A stretch of DNA of 64,000 bases, from contig JBJHCF010000010.1 in the NCBI GenBank assembly GCA_050506795.1, positions 42,061 to 106,060 on the forward strand, given 5' to 3'. A model generated the notes under the pieces. That model saw nothing but the letters and a program-made list of their open reading frames with translations. It searched no databases and was not told where the DNA came from. This DNA is from Opitutia bacterium. GTDB lineage: Bacteria; Verrucomicrobiota; Verrucomicrobiia; Opitutales; T3Sed10-336. The position numbers and the translations under genes were made by a program. Positions 17,752 through 27,963 of this stretch are shown here, piece by piece (within the stretch, counting starts at the first letter, position 1; each line of letters begins with the position of its first letter).

Positions 17752-19614
17752 TCATCGATACACCACCAGCCACAACAGCACCACCCCGGCGAAAATCCAG
17801 TACACGTACCCGTGCAGGCTTCCGGTATGGGCGGATTTCAGCCCGTGACTCACCAGGCCGATGAGACCGGCCGTCCCGCGGACGATCAGGCCGGAAATTA
17901 AAACGTGATCGATAAAATCGAGCAGCGCCGAAAACCGCTGCTGAACTTTGGTCACATACCAGTTGTAAGCCTCGTCGAACCAGAACTTCGCCGACAGGAA
18001 TCTGTGAACGGCCGGCGCCCGGCGCTCAAGTTGATCCTCGCCGGCGCCAACTCCGTACAGGAACCAGGCCGCCACCAGACCACCGGCGAACACCAGCACG
18101 GAGATTCCGGCCACCAGCAGGAAATCGCCGCCGGCGGGATGCGGAACCTCGTTCAGAATGCCGTCGAAGATCGGCGGGTGCATGAAGCCGTATCCGGCAA
18201 AAACGGAAAAGACCGCCAACACCACCAGCGGACCGGTCATCACCCATCCGTTTTCCCTGGCGTGACCGGCGGCCTCCGTTTTGGGTTTGCCGAAGAAAGC
18301 GGTGAGCCAAAGCCGGGTCATGTAAAAGGCGGTCAGCAGGGCGCTGAATGCCAGGATGACAAATATCACCGGATTGTTGGCCAGGGCCAGGTACAGGATG
18401 GCATCCTTGCTGAAGAAACCGGCCAGCCCGGGCATTCCGATCAAGGCCAGGAATCCGATGGTGAAGGCGGCGAAGGTAATGGGCATGCTTTTGCGCAAGC
18501 CGCCCAGACGATAGATATTCTGCTCGTGGTGGCAGGCGTGGATCACCGATCCGGCCCCGAGGAAGAGCAGCGCCTTGAAGAACCCGTGGGTCACCAGGTG
18601 AAACATGGCCGCTCCGATGCCCGCCTGGATGGCGGCGCCGCCTTCACCGTCGACAACCAGGGCTCCCAGCCCAAACGCCGCCACCATGTAGCCGAGCTGC
18701 GAAATGGTGGAATAGGCGAGGATCTTCTTGATATCGGTCTGCGCGATGGCGCAAAGCGATCCGAACACCGCGGTCAGGGTGCCGATCCAGAGAATCCAGA
18801 TCATGGCCTCCGGCGGAATGAGGAAATAAATGCGGCAGAGCAGATAAATCCCGGCCGCCACCATGGTGGCGGCGTGGATCAGAGCGGACACCGGCGTCGG
18901 GCCCTCCATGGCGTCCGGGAGCCAGACGTGGAGTGGCAACTGCCCCGATTTCCCCAGGGCGCTGCAGAAAAGGAGCAATCCGATCCCCACGTGCAGGATT
19001 TCCGGATCCGCGCCCACCAGCGCCTCCATTTCGAAGAGGTTGAGGGTGCCGAAATGCCAGTAACTCCAAATGATGCCCAGGAGGAAGCCGAAATCACCCA
19101 GGCGATTGACGATGAACGCCTTTTTCGCGGCTGCGGCCGCCGAGGGTTTGTGGTAGTAGTGGTTGATCAGCAGGAAGGAGCTCAATCCCACCAACTCCCA
19201 GAAAATGAACATCATGATCAGGTTGTTGGCGAAAACGATACCCATCATGGAGAACATGAAGAGCGAAAGGCCGGCGAAATAACGCGCCTTGCCCGGATCG
19301 TCCTTCATGTAACCCAGGCTGAAAACGTGGATCAGGAAACCGACCAGGGCCACGACAAAAAGCAGCAGCGCCGCGAGGTCGTTGAAATAAAACCCCATGG
19401 AGACGGTGTACTCCCCGAAGGTCATCCAGTCGTAGGAAAACTCCTCCCGGATGTTTCCAAAAATCAGATACAACGAACCCGCCAGCACCACTCCGGCCGC
19501 CCCGACGGAGACCGCTGCGGCCAGTTCGCCCTGCCGGCGCAGAAAGGCGCCGATTAAGGTCGCCGAAAGAAATGGCACGATCAGTAGAGAGACGATCAAA
19601 ACCTCGTTGCTCAT
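17752..19614 (-). CDS. nuoL: NADH-quinone oxidoreductase subunit L (set 1)
   Basis: FWELVGLSS, NRLGDFG, GKSGQLPLHVWLPDAMEGPTPVSALIHAATMV, AYSTISQLG, HGFFKALLFL. Confidence 0.95.
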   Translation of the reverse strand: MSNEVLIVSLLIVPFLSATLIGAFLRRQGELAAAVSVGAAGVVLAGSLYLIFGNIREEFSYDWMTFGEYTVSMGFYFNDLAALLLFVVALVGFLIHVFSLGYMKDDPGKARYFAGLSLFMFSMMGIVFANNLIMMFIFWELVGLSSFLLINHYYHKPSAAAAAKKAFIVNRLGDFGFLLGIIWSYWHFGTLNLFEMEALVGADPEILHVGIGLLLFCSALGKSGQLPLHVWLPDAMEGPTPVSALIHAATMVAAGIYLLCRIYFLIPPEAMIWILWIGTLTAVFGSLCAIAQTDIKKILAYSTISQLGYMVAAFGLGALVVDGEGGAAIQAGIGAAMFHLVTHGFFKALLFLGAGSVIHACHHEQNIYRLGGLRKSMPITFAAFTIGFLALIGMPGLAGFFSKDAILYLALANNPVIFVILAFSALLTAFYMTRLWLTAFFGKPKTEAAGHARENGWVMTGPLVVLAVFSVFAGYGFMHPPIFDGILNEVPHPAGGDFLLVAGISVLVFAGGLVAAWFLYGVGAGEDQLERRAPAVHRFLSAKFWFDEAYNWYVTKVQQRFSALLDFIDHVLISGLIVRGTAGLIGLVSHGLKSAHTGSLHGYVYWIFAGVVLLWLVVYR

Positions 19615-19615
19615 G

Positions 19616-19921
19616 TCAGTGCTTCAATGCGTTCAGCGCCGGAAGCAGCACGGTATGACGCTTCCGAAAGAGTTCCACGATGATGGCCAGTCCCACCGCC
19701 ACTTCCGCGGCGGCCACCGTGATGATGAAAAAGACGAAGATGTTGCCGTCCATGGTGCCGTTGAACCGGGAGAACGCCACCAGGGCCAGGGTGACGGCGT
19801 TGAGCATCAACTCCAGGCACATGTACACCACCAGCGTGTTCCGCCGCAGCAACACCCCGAAAAACCCAATGGCGAACAGCAGCACACTGGTCGCCAAAAA
19901 TCCTTCTACCCCGATGTTCAT
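19616..19921 (-). CDS. nuoK: NADH-quinone oxidoreductase subunit K (set 1)
   Basis: RRN...[16 protein letters not shown]. Confidence 0.95.
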   Translation of the reverse strand: MNIGVEGFLATSVLLFAIGFFGVLLRRNTLVVYMCLELMLNAVTLALVAFSRFNGTMDGNIFVFFIITVAAAEVAVGLAIIVELFRKRHTVLLPALNALKH

Positions 19922-19960
19922 TGGATAATAAGCCTTCCGGCGGACTTTAGTCCCGCCCGC

Positions 19961-20506
19961 TCAGGAATGCCCTGGCGCCCCCTCGCCATGGCGGTAGCGC
20001 TTGCTGATCAGGATAACCCCGACCATGGCCACCAGCAGTAAAAACCCCGTCACCTGAAAAGGCAGCATGTAGGTTGTAAAGAGATGATGCCCATACTCAG
20101 CAGGCGCCGTTCCCACCGTCGGCGGAGTCTCGAGTGTCGGACGCACGGGCGGCGCCGGCAGCACAATCTCCGGAGACAGAGCGATGGAGAAAACCCCCGC
20201 CAGCAGGAGGAGCAATGCGATCACGCTGGCGGTAGAGGTCACGCGCCCGGGCGTGATGCTGGTTTTCTCCTCATGATCGAGCAGCATAATCACAAAAAGG
20301 AAAACGACCACGACCGCTCCCGCGTACACCAGCACCTGCACCACGGCGAGAAAAAAGGCCGAGAGCATGACAAAGAGCGAGGCGATCCCCACCATGGTCA
20401 CAATGAGGAACATGGCGGCGTTGATCGCGTTCCGGGTGAGCACGACCATGGCCGCGCTGAAAAGCGTCACACTCGCGAAAAAATAAAACAACACATCCAC
20501 CATCAT
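19961..20506 (-). CDS. nuoJ: NADH-quinone oxidoreductase subunit J (set 1)
   Basis: AFFLAVVQVLVYAGAVVVVFLFVIMLL; GGGAGG RBS before ATG 20506. Confidence 0.92.
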   Translation of the reverse strand: MMVDVLFYFFASVTLFSAAMVVLTRNAINAAMFLIVTMVGIASLFVMLSAFFLAVVQVLVYAGAVVVVFLFVIMLLDHEEKTSITPGRVTSTASVIALLLLLAGVFSIALSPEIVLPAPPVRPTLETPPTVGTAPAEYGHHLFTTYMLPFQVTGFLLLVAMVGVILISKRYRHGEGAPGHS

Positions 20507-20603
20507 GGAACCTCCCAAAACAGTCGACACCCCCACAGGTTGGCAACGACAAATTTCCTTCATTTGACACCGGAGGCGGTATTCGTTTGTTTGGCGGCGC
20601 ACG

Positions 20604-22025
20604 ATGGCCAACGCGAGCGACCACACTTCCACCCCCTCCTCCCTCCTTTCGCCGGAGGACTGTCACCGGTCGTTCATGGCTTCGCGCCGGCCGCACATTC
20701 TGCAGATCACCAATCACGGCATTCACGATTGGATGGTGACCCCCGGCCTGCCGGACACAGGGGGCCAGAACCTGTTCGTCAACCAGATGACCGATTCCCT
20801 GGTGGGACTCGGTTACCGGGTCACCATCGCCAACCGCGGCGGTTACCCGCATCCCCTGACCGGCCGGAGCCGCCGGGGATTGGAGTATCGGGATCCCCAT
20901 TGCCGGATCGTGATGTTGGAAGACGGCCTTCCCCGCTTCATTCGCAAGGAGGATATGTACGCGCAAGTCCCCGAGCTGGCGGAATTCCTGCTCAAATTCC
21001 TCTCCCGGGAAAAGACCTGGCCCGACCTGATCGTGTCGCATTACTGGGATGCCGCCGCCATTGGAGCCGCCTTCAATCGTCACCTGCGCGACAGACGCGA
21101 ACATTTCTGGATCCCCCACTCCCTCGGCGCGGTGAAGAAGCGCAACATGGATCCGTCGACCTGGATCGAACTGCGCCTGGAGGAACGCATCGAAATCGAG
21201 AGCGACCTGCTGGAGGATCTTGACGGGGTGGCGGCGACCTCCAACACCATCCGCAAGTCGCTGTTCGAAGACTATGGGTGCGCCACCGATCTTTTCCTCC
21301 CGCCCTGCGTGGAAACCGGCCGCTTTTATCCGCGACAGGTCGCGGACGACGATCCGATCTGGACCTTTCTCGCCGACCACTCCGCGCTTTCCGTCGAGGA
21401 GCTGCGGCGCTCCCGCATCGTGACGGAGATCAGCCGCACCGACCGCACCAAGCGTAAAGACCTCCTGATCCGTGCCTTCGCCACGATGCTGCAGGAAATC
21501 GAGGACGCGGTGCTCGTCCTGACGGTCGACCCAAACGCCCAACCGCTTTCCGGGGAACTCGACAGTCTGGCCGAAAGCCTCAACGTCAAGCACCGTATCA
21601 TCCGCTTGGGATTCGTCCGCGAGCGCCTCCCCAGCCTGTACGCCGTCAGCCAGGTGTACTGCACTCCCTCGGTGATGGAGGGATTCGGCATGTCGGTGCA
21701 GGAAGCCGCCGCCAGCGGCGTGCCGGCCGTAACCAGCGACCTGGTGCCCTTCGCGGTGGAATATCTCCTGGGTGACGCGGTCCGGGTGGTGGAAGGCACC
21801 GAACAAAAACCCCGCATTCGCGAGGGGGCGGGCGCCATCGTGGTGGAGGCCAACCACACCGAAGCCTTTGCCCGCGCTCTAATCCGGATTTTGGGCGACG
21901 ACGAACGCCGGCAGCGCATGGGCGCCGCCGCGCGCGAGATCACCGTTCCGCACTTCACCTGGGACCACATGATGGCGAAGTTTACCGCCGCCGCGGGATT
22001 CGATCCCGGACGACCACTATCCTGA
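20604..22025 (+). CDS. GT4 glycosyltransferase, sucrose-phosphate/mannosylfructose-phosphate synthase-like
   Basis: HG...PDTGGQ, SHYWDA, PHSLG, PSVMEGFGM motifs of the SPS/SuSy clade. Confidence 0.8.
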   Translation: MANASDHTSTPSSLLSPEDCHRSFMASRRPHILQITNHGIHDWMVTPGLPDTGGQNLFVNQMTDSLVGLGYRVTIANRGGYPHPLTGRSRRGLEYRDPHCRIVMLEDGLPRFIRKEDMYAQVPELAEFLLKFLSREKTWPDLIVSHYWDAAAIGAAFNRHLRDRREHFWIPHSLGAVKKRNMDPSTWIELRLEERIEIESDLLEDLDGVAATSNTIRKSLFEDYGCATDLFLPPCVETGRFYPRQVADDDPIWTFLADHSALSVEELRRSRIVTEISRTDRTKRKDLLIRAFATMLQEIEDAVLVLTVDPNAQPLSGELDSLAESLNVKHRIIRLGFVRERLPSLYAVSQVYCTPSVMEGFGMSVQEAAASGVPAVTSDLVPFAVEYLLGDAVRVVEGTEQKPRIREGAGAIVVEANHTEAFARALIRILGDDERRQRMGAAAREITVPHFTWDHMMAKFTAAAGFDPGRPLS

Positions 22026-22041
22026 ACCGCAATTCAAGACC

Positions 22042-22890
22042 ATGAACATCACCCTGGCCACCGATCTCGACCGCACCCTCTTTCCCAACGGCAAACAACC
22101 CGACGATGGAATGATGCCGGTCTTCCGGCGTTTCATCGAAGAGCGCCGGATCCCCCTGATATTCGTCACCGGACGCCACCTCCGTCAGATTGAGGACGGC
22201 ATCCGCCAGTACGGTGCCCCCGTACCCGACTACGCCATCGCCGAAGTGGGCACGCGTTTGTACCACCGGCGGAAAGGGGAACTCGAGGAGGACGACGTCT
22301 TCATTCAATACATCGCCGACCATACCCGGAATTGGGACGTGACGGCTTTTCGGCAGGCCCTGGATTCTCTGCCTCTGCGTCTGCAGGCGGAGGAGCATCA
22401 GAACCGGTTTAAACTCAGTTATTATCTCGACGACCTGTCCCGGGCAGAAGCCGTGCGCCGAGAGGCCGCGGAATGCCTCGATGCCCTCACGCCGGACGCC
22501 AATTTGATCTGGAGCGTCGATGAAACCGAGAACCTCGGGTTGCTCGACGTGCTGCCTCGCCGCGCGAACAAGATGGAAGCCGTGGAGTACCTGCGGCGCC
22601 GCCTGGACCTGCCCCGGGAGGAAATCATCTACTGCGGCGACAGCGGCAACGATCTCCATCCCCTCACCCATGGCTACCGGGCGGTGCTGGTGGCCAACGC
22701 CATCGATGAGGTGCGCACCGAGGTCGAGCGCGCCGCCCGGGAAAAGGGTTTCCTCGACCGAACCTATTTCGCCGCCGGCGATGCCGAGGCCGGGTTGAAT
22801 GGCAATTACGTTTCCGGCGTTCTGGAAGGTCTGCGCCACTTCGAGTTGATTTCGCCGGAGGAATGGAGTCGCTGGACCCGTTCGGGATGA
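22042..22890 (+). CDS. HAD-IIB hydrolase, sucrose-phosphate phosphatase-like
   Basis: DLDRT motif I, VTGR, LLDVLP...K, GDSGND, VANA. Confidence 0.85.
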   Translation: MNITLATDLDRTLFPNGKQPDDGMMPVFRRFIEERRIPLIFVTGRHLRQIEDGIRQYGAPVPDYAIAEVGTRLYHRRKGELEEDDVFIQYIADHTRNWDVTAFRQALDSLPLRLQAEEHQNRFKLSYYLDDLSRAEAVRREAAECLDALTPDANLIWSVDETENLGLLDVLPRRANKMEAVEYLRRRLDLPREEIIYCGDSGNDLHPLTHGYRAVLVANAIDEVRTEVERAAREKGFLDRTYFAAGDAEAGLNGNYVSGVLEGLRHFELISPEEWSRWTRSG

Positions 22891-22923
22891 GGGTCAAGAA
22901 GCCGATCCGGCCACCCGGATTCC

Positions 22924-23595
22924 CTACCGGACGGGACTAACGGTTTGCAGGATAAACTCGGCCACCTCCGGTTTGGGGGCCGGACCGAAGGAAAATTCGG
23001 CGCCGTCACGGGAGAAGATTCGCACCGCATTGGTGTCGGACTCCATGCCGGAGTCGGGACGACTCACGTCGTTGGCCACAATCCAGTCGAGGTGCTTTTC
23101 CCGCAATTTCACCCGGGCATACTCCTCCACCCGGTCGGTTTCGGCGGCAAAACCCACACAGATCCGGTGCCTTTTCTCAGCCGCCAGAGCTTTGACGATG
23201 TCGGTGGCCGGTTCCAGGCGCAAGGTGAGCGCTTCCCCGCCCTTTTTCAGTTTCCGCGGCGCGATTTCCGCCGGGCGGTAGTCCGCCACCGCCGCGCACA
23301 TAATCAGCATATCGCATTGGGGAAACAACCGGCGACAGGCCGCTTCCATTTCGGCGCCGGACACCACCGGATGAAAACGCGCTTTGGCGGGAGGCGGCAG
23401 GCAAACCGGACCACTGACCAGGTCGACGTCCCAACCGCGGCGCAAACCCGAATCGGCCAGGGAGTACCCCATTTTGCCGCTGGAGGCGTTGCTCAGGAAA
23501 CGCACCGGATCCAGGTATTCGCGGGTGGGTCCGGCGGTGATGAGACAGGTGAAATGACTTGCGTTCATTGCATTCGGTTCAAGGCTGGACGACAT
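22924..23595 (-). CDS. coaB: Phosphopantothenoylcysteine synthetase (stand-alone CoaB half)
   Basis: ITAGPTREYLDPVRFLSNASSGKMG, AAVADY, VGFAAET, IVANDV; no flavoprotein CoaC domain. Confidence 0.88.
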   Translation of the reverse strand: MSSSLEPNAMNASHFTCLITAGPTREYLDPVRFLSNASSGKMGYSLADSGLRRGWDVDLVSGPVCLPPPAKARFHPVVSGAEMEAACRRLFPQCDMLIMCAAVADYRPAEIAPRKLKKGGEALTLRLEPATDIVKALAAEKRHRICVGFAAETDRVEEYARVKLREKHLDWIVANDVSRPDSGMESDTNAVRIFSRDGAEFSFGPAPKPEVAEFILQTVSPVR

Positions 23596-23638
23596 TTTCC
23601 GGCATAATGACCGGAAACCTGCCAATCCAGAGAGAACC

Positions 23639-24361
23639 GTGACGGAAAAACAAGCGCCAAACACGCCCAAAAGGGAAAACACCTGGCTGAGCCTGGGACT
23701 GAACATCCTGCTGCCGGCCCTGATCCTGATGAAAGGCGCCCAGTGGTTCGGCCTGCCGCCGGCCTCCATCCTGGTGATCGCACTGGCGTTTCCCATCGGT
23801 TACGGCTGCTACGACTTCGTCATTCGCCGCAAATACAACGTGTTCTCCATTATCGGCTTCGTCAGCATTCTCCTGACCGGCGGAATCGGCCTGCTGGAGC
23901 TGTCACCGCGCTGGATAGCGGTGAAGGAGGCGGGAATCCCGGCTCTTTTGGGGGTCGCGGTGATCATTTCCTTAAAGACCCGCTATCCGATCATCAAATT
24001 TCTGCTCCTGCGCGACGAGTTCATCGACGTCGACCGGCTCAACCGGGAACTGGAGGCCCGCAACAACCAGACCGCCTTCGACAAACTCCTGGGCCGGTGC
24101 ACCTACCTGCTGGCCTTTTCCTTCCTGGTCAGCGCCATCCTCAACTACGTCCTCGCCCGCATGATCGTGGTCAGTCCCAGCGGCACCGAAGCCTTCAACG
24201 ACGAACTCGGACGTATGACCCTTTGGAGCATGCTGGTAATCGTTGTCCCCTGCATGATCATCATGATGGTGGCGTTGTTTTACTTGTTTCGCGGCATCAA
24301 AGACCTCACCGGACTCGAACTGGAAGTCCTCCTGCGGGATGCGCAAAAAGGCGGGGCGTAA
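23639..24361 (+). CDS. VC0807-family inner membrane protein
   Basis: EN...NILLP..ILMK, ALAFP, GGIGLL, WIAVKEA, SAILNY.LA. Confidence 0.75.
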   Translation: MTEKQAPNTPKRENTWLSLGLNILLPALILMKGAQWFGLPPASILVIALAFPIGYGCYDFVIRRKYNVFSIIGFVSILLTGGIGLLELSPRWIAVKEAGIPALLGVAVIISLKTRYPIIKFLLLRDEFIDVDRLNRELEARNNQTAFDKLLGRCTYLLAFSFLVSAILNYVLARMIVVSPSGTEAFNDELGRMTLWSMLVIVVPCMIIMMVALFYLFRGIKDLTGLELEVLLRDAQKGGA

Positions 24362-24584
24362 TGGGCTGCGCCCCTCCACGCCATCGTTGCAACAATGTGC
24401 AGGAATTTGGAGTCTGCGTCGCCGCCTGGCGCCGGAGCCGGGCGGGACCAACCGGCCAGGAGGATATAACTTACTGTAAGAGAGAAATTTTTGCTACCAA
24501 TCCTCACTCCGTTATGCCTGGGAATTTCGCGGATTCCCGCAATTTAACCCCACTCCAACCTTCCTGATATCGGTTGCCAAGTAA

Positions 24585-24617
24585 TTGACATGATAGCGTC
24601 CTATCGTAACGTTCACA
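24585..24617 (+). promoter_or_regulatory. Sigma70-like promoter overlapped by LacI-type operator-like palindromes
   Basis: TTGACA-N16-TAACGT; spacer holds GATAG-CGTC-CTATC and -10 overlaps GTAACGTTCAC. Confidence 0.5.
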
Positions 24618-24780
24618 TCAGCTTGGGTCACCTTGTAAGTGCATTTCCTCTTTCAACTTACTTTCACCCACACACTCAGATTTCCTGTCAGCAACCACCG
24701 GCACCCGTGGCAACTTTTTGGGCATCACCACATCGGAACCCGAAACTCACACTCCAGACAACCAGCTAATCCCGAACACC

Positions 24781-25551
24781 ATGAAAAAAGACATCGCACC
24801 AAAAGCGGCGTTCACCTTGATTGAGCTTCTCACCGTTATCGCGATTATAGGAATCCTCGCGGCCATCCTGATTCCGACGGTCACCAAGGTCCGCGAAAAC
24901 GCCCGCCGCGCCAATTGTGTCAGCAACCTGCGCCAGATTGGGATCGCCTCCCACCTCTACGGCGCCGAAAACGACGGTCGCCTGCCCGCGATAAACAACG
25001 GGAACTGGCCCTGGGACGTGCCCGTCTCGGTCATGCACGCTTTGATCCAGACCGGCGGCGGGGAACGGGACATGTTCTACTGCCCCAGCGCCATGAACAC
25101 TAACGTTCAGGAGCGCTGGAATTGGACGGTTAATCCTAACAATCCCGACGTCAGTAATCAGTACCGCGTCACCGGCTACGTCCTGCTCTTCGCCGGCTCC
25201 GCCGGCCGGGGTATCAACGATACCGGTCGTTGGCTCAACAGCAAACTGGGAGAACCGGGTCCGGTGATGGTCACCCAGGGTCGCCAACAGGGGTGGACCT
25301 ACCTGTCCGAAAGCCAGAAGGAACTGGCGGTGGATGTCGTGATTTCCCAGGACACCGCGGGCACCCAGTTTGTGGACGTCGTGGGAACCGCCGGTGTGCC
25401 CCACCGCACGAGTCACCTCGACGGCACGCTCGCCGCCGGCGGAAACATCGTGTTTCTCGACGCACATGTCGCCTGGCGCCCGTTCAATGGCGACGACACC
25501 CAGCCGAGAATGCAGGTCCGCGCCAGTCCCCTGACGCATTTCTGGTGGTAA
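24781..25551 (+). CDS. Prepilin-type N-terminal cleavage/methylation protein (DUF1559/H-X9-DG type)
   Basis: [37 protein letters not shown]-terminal H...[11 protein letters not shown]. Confidence 0.9.
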   Translation: MKKDIAPKAAFTLIELLTVIAIIGILAAILIPTVTKVRENARRANCVSNLRQIGIASHLYGAENDGRLPAINNGNWPWDVPVSVMHALIQTGGGERDMFYCPSAMNTNVQERWNWTVNPNNPDVSNQYRVTGYVLLFAGSAGRGINDTGRWLNSKLGEPGPVMVTQGRQQGWTYLSESQKELAVDVVISQDTAGTQFVDVVGTAGVPHRTSHLDGTLAAGGNIVFLDAHVAWRPFNGDDTQPRMQVRASPLTHFWW

Positions 25552-25572
25552 GGCCAGGAGAACCTTGAACTT

Positions 25573-25610
25573 CAAAAGAGAGAATCCGCTCCGGCGGATT
25601 CTCTCTTTTG
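25573..25610. terminator. Bidirectional intrinsic terminator
   Basis: CAAAAGAGAGAATCCGC-TCCG-GCGGATTCTCTCTTTTG, perfect 17-bp stem. Confidence 0.85.
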
Positions 25611-25671
25611 CTTTCAGGGCACCGTCATTTTGACATGGCCATCGGCGGCTTGAACGCTATGCTGAGACGCC

Positions 25672-26667
25672 ATGAAAACCACCCATCTCGGAGCTTCCGG
25701 TCTCAAAGTTTCCCGTCTCTGCCTCGGCACCATGAATTTCGGCCCCCGCACGCCGGAGGACGAGAGTCATACCATCATGGACCGGGCGCTGGACAAGGGT
25801 ATCAATTTTTTTGATACCGCCAACGTGTACGGCGGCGACTGCGGGAGGGGAGCCACGGAAGAAATCGTGGGTAACTGGATCGCCCGGGGCGAGGGCCGCC
25901 GGGACGCGATCGTGCTGGCGACCAAGGCCTATAGCATGAGCGGCACGAACAACGATCGCCCCGAGGTCAATCGCGACACGCGCGGTCTGTCGGCGATGAA
26001 AATCATCCGCGACTGTGAATCCAGCCTCAAACGCCTGCAAACCGATCGCATCGACCTCTACCAGATGCATCACATCGATCGCGACTGCCCGGTGGAGGAA
26101 GTTTGGGAGGCCATGGACACTCTGCAAAAGCAGGGTAAAATCATTTACGCCGGCTCCAGCAACTTCGCCGGCTGGGACGTGGCCACCTATTGCATGAAAG
26201 CCCGCGAACTCGGCAAGCAGGGGCTGGTCAGCGAACAAAGCGTCTACAATCTTCTCAATCGTCAGGTGGAACTGGAAGTCGTGCCCGCCTGCCGGCACTA
26301 CGGGCTGGGAATTATCCCCTGGAGCCCGCTGGCCGGGGGCGTGCTGGGCGGCCCCGTCGGCGGGGACAGCAAAGACTCTCGCCGGGCCTCGGACGGCGCG
26401 CAGAGCACCCGCGCAAAACACGCCAAAGCACTCGAAGCCTACGAAGCCCATTGCCGGGAAATCGGGCACTCGCCGGCCAACGTCGCCCTGGCATGGCTGC
26501 TGCACAATCCGGTGGTCACCGCGCCCATCATCGGACCTCGCACCGGGAAGCAACTCGACGAAACGCTGGTGGTTCCCGACATAGAACTATCGTCCGAAAC
26601 GCTCCAAAAGCTGGACGAACTTTTTCCCGGCCCCGGCGGCGAAGCCCCGTGGGCCTACGCCTGGTAA
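25672..26667 (+). CDS. Aldo/keto reductase
   Basis: LCLGTMNFG, FFDTANVYG, LATK, SLKRLQTDRIDLYQMH, IPWSPLAGG. Confidence 0.93.
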   Translation: MKTTHLGASGLKVSRLCLGTMNFGPRTPEDESHTIMDRALDKGINFFDTANVYGGDCGRGATEEIVGNWIARGEGRRDAIVLATKAYSMSGTNNDRPEVNRDTRGLSAMKIIRDCESSLKRLQTDRIDLYQMHHIDRDCPVEEVWEAMDTLQKQGKIIYAGSSNFAGWDVATYCMKARELGKQGLVSEQSVYNLLNRQVELEVVPACRHYGLGIIPWSPLAGGVLGGPVGGDSKDSRRASDGAQSTRAKHAKALEAYEAHCREIGHSPANVALAWLLHNPVVTAPIIGPRTGKQLDETLVVPDIELSSETLQKLDELFPGPGGEAPWAYAW

Positions 26668-26888
26668 GGGCTCGTCGCACTCGTTTGCCTTTTTCTTCTT
26701 GTCACGAGCAACGCTTTCCCTATTAGTCTGTCCAACAGCAAAACCGAAACGTGCCTCACGCGTTCCCGATCAATTCGTTCATGATCATCTCAGGGTGGTT
26801 GTGAATTCTTTGGCGGCAGCCCCGCCAACCTACTGTTTTTTACTCTATCGATCCGACCTCAACCCGACCCGCATAGAAAGGAGACTTA

Positions 26889-27323
26889 ATGTCCGCCGCA
26901 CCTTATTGGCCGTTCCTGATGTACACGGCCATGGTGTTTTCTCTCGCGGCGGCCATGATCATCATCTCCGCACTTTTCGGGCCCCGGCACCGGGAACGGG
27001 TCACGGGTGAGGTCTACGAATCCGGAGTGCCGCCGACCGGGTCGGCGCGACTGCGGCTGTCCATCAAGTTTTTCCTGATCGCCATCCTCTTTGTCATCTT
27101 CGACCTGGAGCTGGTATTTATTTTCGCCTGGGCGATCTCCATTCACGAACTCGGCTGGCCGGGGTTCTGGGGAGTGCTGGTCTTTATCTTTATCCTGGCG
27201 GCCGCCCTGGTTTACGAGTGGCGCATGGGCAGCCTGGATTGGACGGAAAAGGCGGCGCAACGCCGCCTGCTGGAGCGGCGCGAGGCCATGGCACGCCGAT
27301 GGAAGGAGGCGGAGGACGCATGA
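26889..27323 (+). CDS. nuoA: NADH-quinone oxidoreductase subunit A (set 2)
   Basis: [38 protein letters not shown]. Confidence 0.95.
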   Translation: MSAAPYWPFLMYTAMVFSLAAAMIIISALFGPRHRERVTGEVYESGVPPTGSARLRLSIKFFLIAILFVIFDLELVFIFAWAISIHELGWPGFWGVLVFIFILAAALVYEWRMGSLDWTEKAAQRRLLERREAMARRWKEAEDA

Positions 27324-27946
27324 AGGTTTCCATGACCAAAGCCGATGCCGGACCTCCCGAAACCCGCTTCGACGAAGTGGTCGGCAAGGTCCTCGCCATG
27401 GCGCGTATCCAGGATCTCATTGCCTGGGGACGCAGTTATTCACTGTGGCCTTTCAACTTCGGACTTTCCTGCTGCTTCGTCGAAATGGCCACCAGCGTGA
27501 CCAGCAAATACGATGTCGCCCGCTTTGGCGCCGAGGTGCTGCGGGGTTCCCCGCGCCAGGCCGACGTCATGGTGGTGGCGGGAACCGTCTTTATGAAGAT
27601 GGCGCCGGTCATCAAGCGCCTGCACGAGCAGATGATGGAGCCGCGGTGGGTGATCTCCATGGGCTCCTGCTCCAACTCCGGAGGCATGTACGATATCTAC
27701 AGCGTTGTGCAGGGGGTGGACAAAATCCTTCCGGTCGACGTTTACGTGCCCGGCTGCCCGCCCCGGCCCGACGCCTTCATGCAGGGCATCGTCCTCCTGC
27801 ACGAGGCGGTGGGCAAAGAAAAGCGCCCTCTCAACTGGTGGATCGGCCCGCAGGGCGTGGAAAAACCGGGACGCGATTCCCAGCGTGACATGAAAACCCA
27901 CGAGCGTATGAAAATGGGATCGATCCGTCCCCCGACCGAAGTCTGA
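27320..27946 (+). CDS. nuoB: NADH-quinone oxidoreductase subunit B (set 2)
   Basis: [35 protein letters not shown] overlap with nuoA. Confidence 0.95.
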   Translation: MKVSMTKADAGPPETRFDEVVGKVLAMARIQDLIAWGRSYSLWPFNFGLSCCFVEMATSVTSKYDVARFGAEVLRGSPRQADVMVVAGTVFMKMAPVIKRLHEQMMEPRWVISMGSCSNSGGMYDIYSVVQGVDKILPVDVYVPGCPPRPDAFMQGIVLLHEAVGKEKRPLNWWIGPQGVEKPGRDSQRDMKTHERMKMGSIRPPTEV

Positions 27947-27963
27947 ACGAACCTCCCAAACAC

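Noticed and set aside
14284..19557. Long plus-strand ORFs (14284-16101, 17905-19557)
   Set aside because: Antisense shadows of nuoN and nuoL in GC-rich DNA, with no recognisable motifs.
14548..20506. Mrp Na+/H+ antiporter operon
   Set aside because: Gene order J-K-L-M-N and subunit motifs match Nuo; no MrpE/F/G homologues.
26700..26888. FNR or Rex box upstream of nuoA
   Set aside because: Only half-sites (GATCAA, TTGTGAA) without matching partners at the right spacing.
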